Below are positions 62,037-64,000 of a DNA stretch of 64,000 nucleotides, piece by piece (position 1 is the stretch's first letter; each line of letters opens with the position of its first letter). The stretch is taken from assembly GCA_964647545.1 (NCBI GenBank), contig CAZYHS010000009.1, positions 631-64,630 of the forward strand, given 5' to 3'. Below the pieces are notes generated by a model. The model saw only the letters and a program-made list of their open reading frames with translations. It ran no database searches and had not been told where the DNA came from. This stretch comes from an uncultured Pseudomonadota bacterium. Its GTDB lineage: Bacteria > UBA10199 > GCA-002796325 > 1-14-0-20-49-13. A program made the translations under genes and the position numbers.

Positions 62037-62282
62037 CCTCAGATAACTAATTTTCGAGACTAAGGAATCGAGCGACGCTGATTTTCTATGGCATTTGCGT
62101 ACCTGCTTGACGGCCCGAACTCGCCTCAAAAAAACATGTTAATTTTCTCACAAAAGTTTTTTGAGGCTTCGGACAGCGGGCCGTCATCGCGTATTAAAAG
62201 TCTCATCAAAGTTTTACGCGAACGCATTGGACGCAAAGCCAAGAAAATCTAGCTGCTCGAATCGAAAATTAATTATCTGAGG
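62037..62282 (+). repeat. palindromic element of about 246 bp bounded by imperfect inverted repeats of roughly 16-35 bp (MITE-like candidate)
   Basis: CCTCAGATAACTAATT (62037-62052) matches AATTAATTATCTGAGG (62267-62282) as a 15/16 inverted repeat, and the arms extend imperfectly (TTTTCGAG.../...CTCGAATCGAAAATT). It encloses an 80-bp palindrome at 62108-62187. Confidence 0.35.
62108..62187. repeat. large imperfect palindrome (stem-loop)
   Basis: TGACGGCCCG/CGGGCCGTCA (perfect 10 bp) and CCTCAAAAAA/TTTTTTGAGG (perfect 10 bp) arms separated by internal bulges and a 22-nt loop. Confidence 0.5.
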
Positions 62283-62300
62283 TGAAAGGGTGATGGTTCA

Positions 62301-62408
62301 TTCAGTTAGATCGGTTGAGTCGGTTATTTCGGTTAGTTCCGCTAACAGAACTAACGGGCTTAACCGACCAAACAGACTTAACGGGCCAAACCGACCTAAC
62401 CGTTTTAG
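62301..62408 (+). repeat. 9-bp-periodic inverted hairpin array (copy B) followed by TTTT
   Basis: TCAGTTAGA TCGGTTGAG TCGGTTATT TCGGTTAGT TCCGCTAAC are followed by AGAACTAAC GGGCTTAAC CGACCAAAC AGACTTAAC GGGCCAAAC CGACCTAAC. Same unit and orientation as copy A, about 480 bp downstream. Confidence 0.6.
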
Positions 62409-62439
62409 ACAAGATTTTGACACCTTTCTCGATTTGAGC

Positions 62440-62468
62440 TTGCCAAAGTACGGATGGTTGTATAAAAT
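62440..62468 (+). promoter_or_regulatory. putative sigma70 promoter (TTGCCA-17-TAAAAT) for the secreted-protein gene
   Basis: TTGCCA at 62440-62445, 17-nt spacer, TAAAAT at 62463-62468. RBS GGAGG at 62585-62589 and ATG at 62594. Confidence 0.35.
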
Positions 62469-62593
62469 CGCGTCGGTTTTTTAGCAATTTCAAATAGTTA
62501 GCTACTTAAAATTCAACCAATCGCCGTCGCATAAACGGCACGCTAATTGCACCTGTTAAGGCCGGAAGAGCCCCTCTTCCCTTGGAGGTTTTT

Positions 62594-64000
62594 ATGAAAA
62601 GAAAATCACGAAATATAATTGTGGCGTTTTTGGCAGTAGGATTTTTAGCTGCCATAACTTTTGGCAAGGCCTATGCTTATCCGATTGAACCGTTAGTTCC
62701 CCTAATTCCTGAGGTCCCCGATTTTTCTAGTGAGGCGTTGCCGGTTAAGTTTTCTAGCCCTTATACTTTGCAATTGCAGGGCGGTGATGTTGTTTATGTT
62801 AACGACGTTGGAGTGTTCGATCATCCGGCTGTGTCGGGTGAAAAAAACTTTGCCTCTGCATCGAGTAAAATTTATTTTAGTGATGTTAAGGGGGATTTGT
62901 ACGCGCAGGATTATTTTGCGATTCCGGGCTATGTAACTGAAATGAATGATCGTCTCTTATGTCTTTCAGACAGCTTGTTCATTGCAGCTGCTTTAAGAAC
63001 TCCGTTTGAGCCTCTTGGTGCATCTTTTGGCGATATCGATAAGGCCATTGGAGCATGGGCGCTTGGGTTATGTAAATCTGGTTCTAAAGATGGTTCTGAA
63101 ATGAAAACCGCCGAGCTTTCCCTTGCCGATGTTCGCATGGAAGGTGACAAGGTTATCAATAACGCTAAATGGGCCGATTCTCCGTATGCAGGGGGCGGGG
63201 CACCAATCGCACTTACCGCCCACGATGCAACGCCGGTTTTTGTAAAGGATAAATTTAACGGCGTGGTGGCACTTTTTTACATGCCACAGCCTGAAGCAAC
63301 TGAAGTGGTGTCTTACAAGAATCCACTTAAACCGCATCTGGCATATTACAAGCCAGATGACGATGGCGAGTTGAAACTTTCGACTTTTATTTCGCCGATT
63401 TCGAGTTCGGCTTTTGCCGTTAATAAACTAGTTTCCTGTAAATTTGTGGCTGATGATGAAAAAAACTATTTATCTCCATTTGAAATGCTAGGAACCGACC
63501 TATCGGGTTGCTTGCCTGAAATTTACCCAACCGACATTGCCGCCGTCGATTTTAATGGTGATGGTATTGATGACATTGTGACGGTCAATAGAGGCTCTTT
63601 TCGGAATCCAGTAGAACAACAAAAATTATATTCGTTTGCGAATGTATATATTGGAACAGGTTTATCGGATCCTAAGATCGCATTTAAATATGCCGGTCAG
63701 ATATTTATTGGGAACGAGCCTTATCAAGTCGTTCCAACATTAGATAAACGCGCAGCACTTGTTTCTACGGCTGATGGCGTTTACAAAGTTACCTATACTA
63801 ATGGTGTTTTGGCCAGCGCGCTAATAATAAAAAACAAGATGCTTTACGATTACCGCCCGTACCAGATTGCCGAGATTGATAACGGATATAAATGTAAAGC
63901 AATTGCTGTGACCAATGCAAAGATGACTAAGGGTAAAGCGCCAGCTATTGAATTCAAACCGACGTTTCATTATTATAAGGGGGCCGAAAAAGATGGCGTC
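62594..64000 (+). CDS. large secreted protein, 5'-partial in this window, with an FG-GAP/VCBS-like calcium-binding repeat
   Basis: Open frame from the ATG at 62594 with a GGAGG RBS, running to the window end without a stop. Signal peptide MKRKSRNIIVAFLAVGFLAAITFGKAYA. The motif VDFNGDGIDDIVTV is a canonical FG-GAP/VCBS D-x-N/D-x-D-G loop. Confidence 0.7.
   Translation, partial: MKRKSRNIIVAFLAVGFLAAITFGKAYAYPIEPLVPLIPEVPDFSSEALPVKFSSPYTLQLQGGDVVYVNDVGVFDHPAVSGEKNFASASSKIYFSDVKGDLYAQDYFAIPGYVTEMNDRLLCLSDSLFIAAALRTPFEPLGASFGDIDKAIGAWALGLCKSGSKDGSEMKTAELSLADVRMEGDKVINNAKWADSPYAGGGAPIALTAHDATPVFVKDKFNGVVALFYMPQPEATEVVSYKNPLKPHLAYYKPDDDGELKLSTFISPISSSAFAVNKLVSCKFVADDEKNYLSPFEMLGTDLSGCLPEIYPTDIAAVDFNGDGIDDIVTVNRGSFRNPVEQQKLYSFANVYIGTGLSDPKIAFKYAGQIFIGNEPYQVVPTLDKRAALVSTADGVYKVTYTNGVLASALIIKNKMLYDYRPYQIAEIDNGYKCKAIAVTNAKMTKGKAPAIEFKPTFHYYKGAEKDGV

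Noticed and set aside
62290-62493. Overlapping + and - ORFs (62290-62484 and 62302-62493) with periodic SV/NRxN translations
   Set aside because: They coincide exactly with the 9-bp periodic repeat array, and the open frames are a by-product of the 3-codon periodicity. No RBS or coding bias is evident.
1-64000. CRISPR arrays, IS elements, toxin-antitoxin pairs, restriction-modification or other defence systems
   Set aside because: There are no regularly spaced 25-40-bp direct repeats and no transposase, integrase, cas or TA-like small ORF pairs. The only repeats are the 9-bp-periodic arrays and palindromes at 61.8-62.4 kb, which are of a different kind.

Overview
This 64-kb window is a bacterial chromosomal segment with about 50% GC and almost no intergenic space. 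It contains no rRNA, transposase, integrase or CRISPR genes, and the lineage cannot be assigned from sequence alone. The centre, about 8.5 to 41.5 kb and all on the + strand, is the conserved translation and transcription core. In order it carries a thrU-tyrU-glyT-thrT-type tRNA cluster, a small secreted-protein gene, tuf, rpmG, tRNA-Trp, secE-nusG-rplKAJL, rpoB-rpoC, rpsL-rpsG-fusA, and then the S10/spc/alpha operons from rpsJ to rplQ with secY-adk-map-infA-rpmJ embedded. rpmD (L30) is absent and S14 is the short zinc-ribbon type. The first 8.6 kb hold a tightly packed five-gene two-component signalling cluster with an excisionase-type HTH-receiver fusion, a receiver-kinase hybrid, two lone receivers and a polytopic three-PAS kinase. 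An EF-G paralogue whose catalytic His is replaced by Tyr and an RlmB-type rRNA methyltransferase follow it. The last 22 kb are accessory-like. They carry a TlpA-like thioredoxin, lipoproteins, secA, an FlhA/SctV (FHIPEP) homologue with no other flagellar or type III genes nearby, an Fe-type alcohol dehydrogenase and an SCP2-like gene. A minus-strand operon encodes a secreted protein, a periplasmic TPR protein and a membrane-anchored double-FHA protein, and lies divergent from a YfgM-like/PQQ-propeller (BamB-like) pair. A merR-like-nifU-nifS operon whose regulator has a Cys-rich tail, two hypothetical genes and comEC follow. comEC ends in a densely structured noncoding island of about 780 bp with 9-bp-periodic hairpin arrays, nested inverted repeats and a large palindrome. 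Beyond it lies the 5' part of a large secreted gene containing an FG-GAP-like calcium-binding repeat. The most unusual signals are the FlhA homologue together with the FHA module, the His-to-Tyr EF-G paralogue, the Cys-rich MerR-type regulator on nifUS and the repeat island after comEC.
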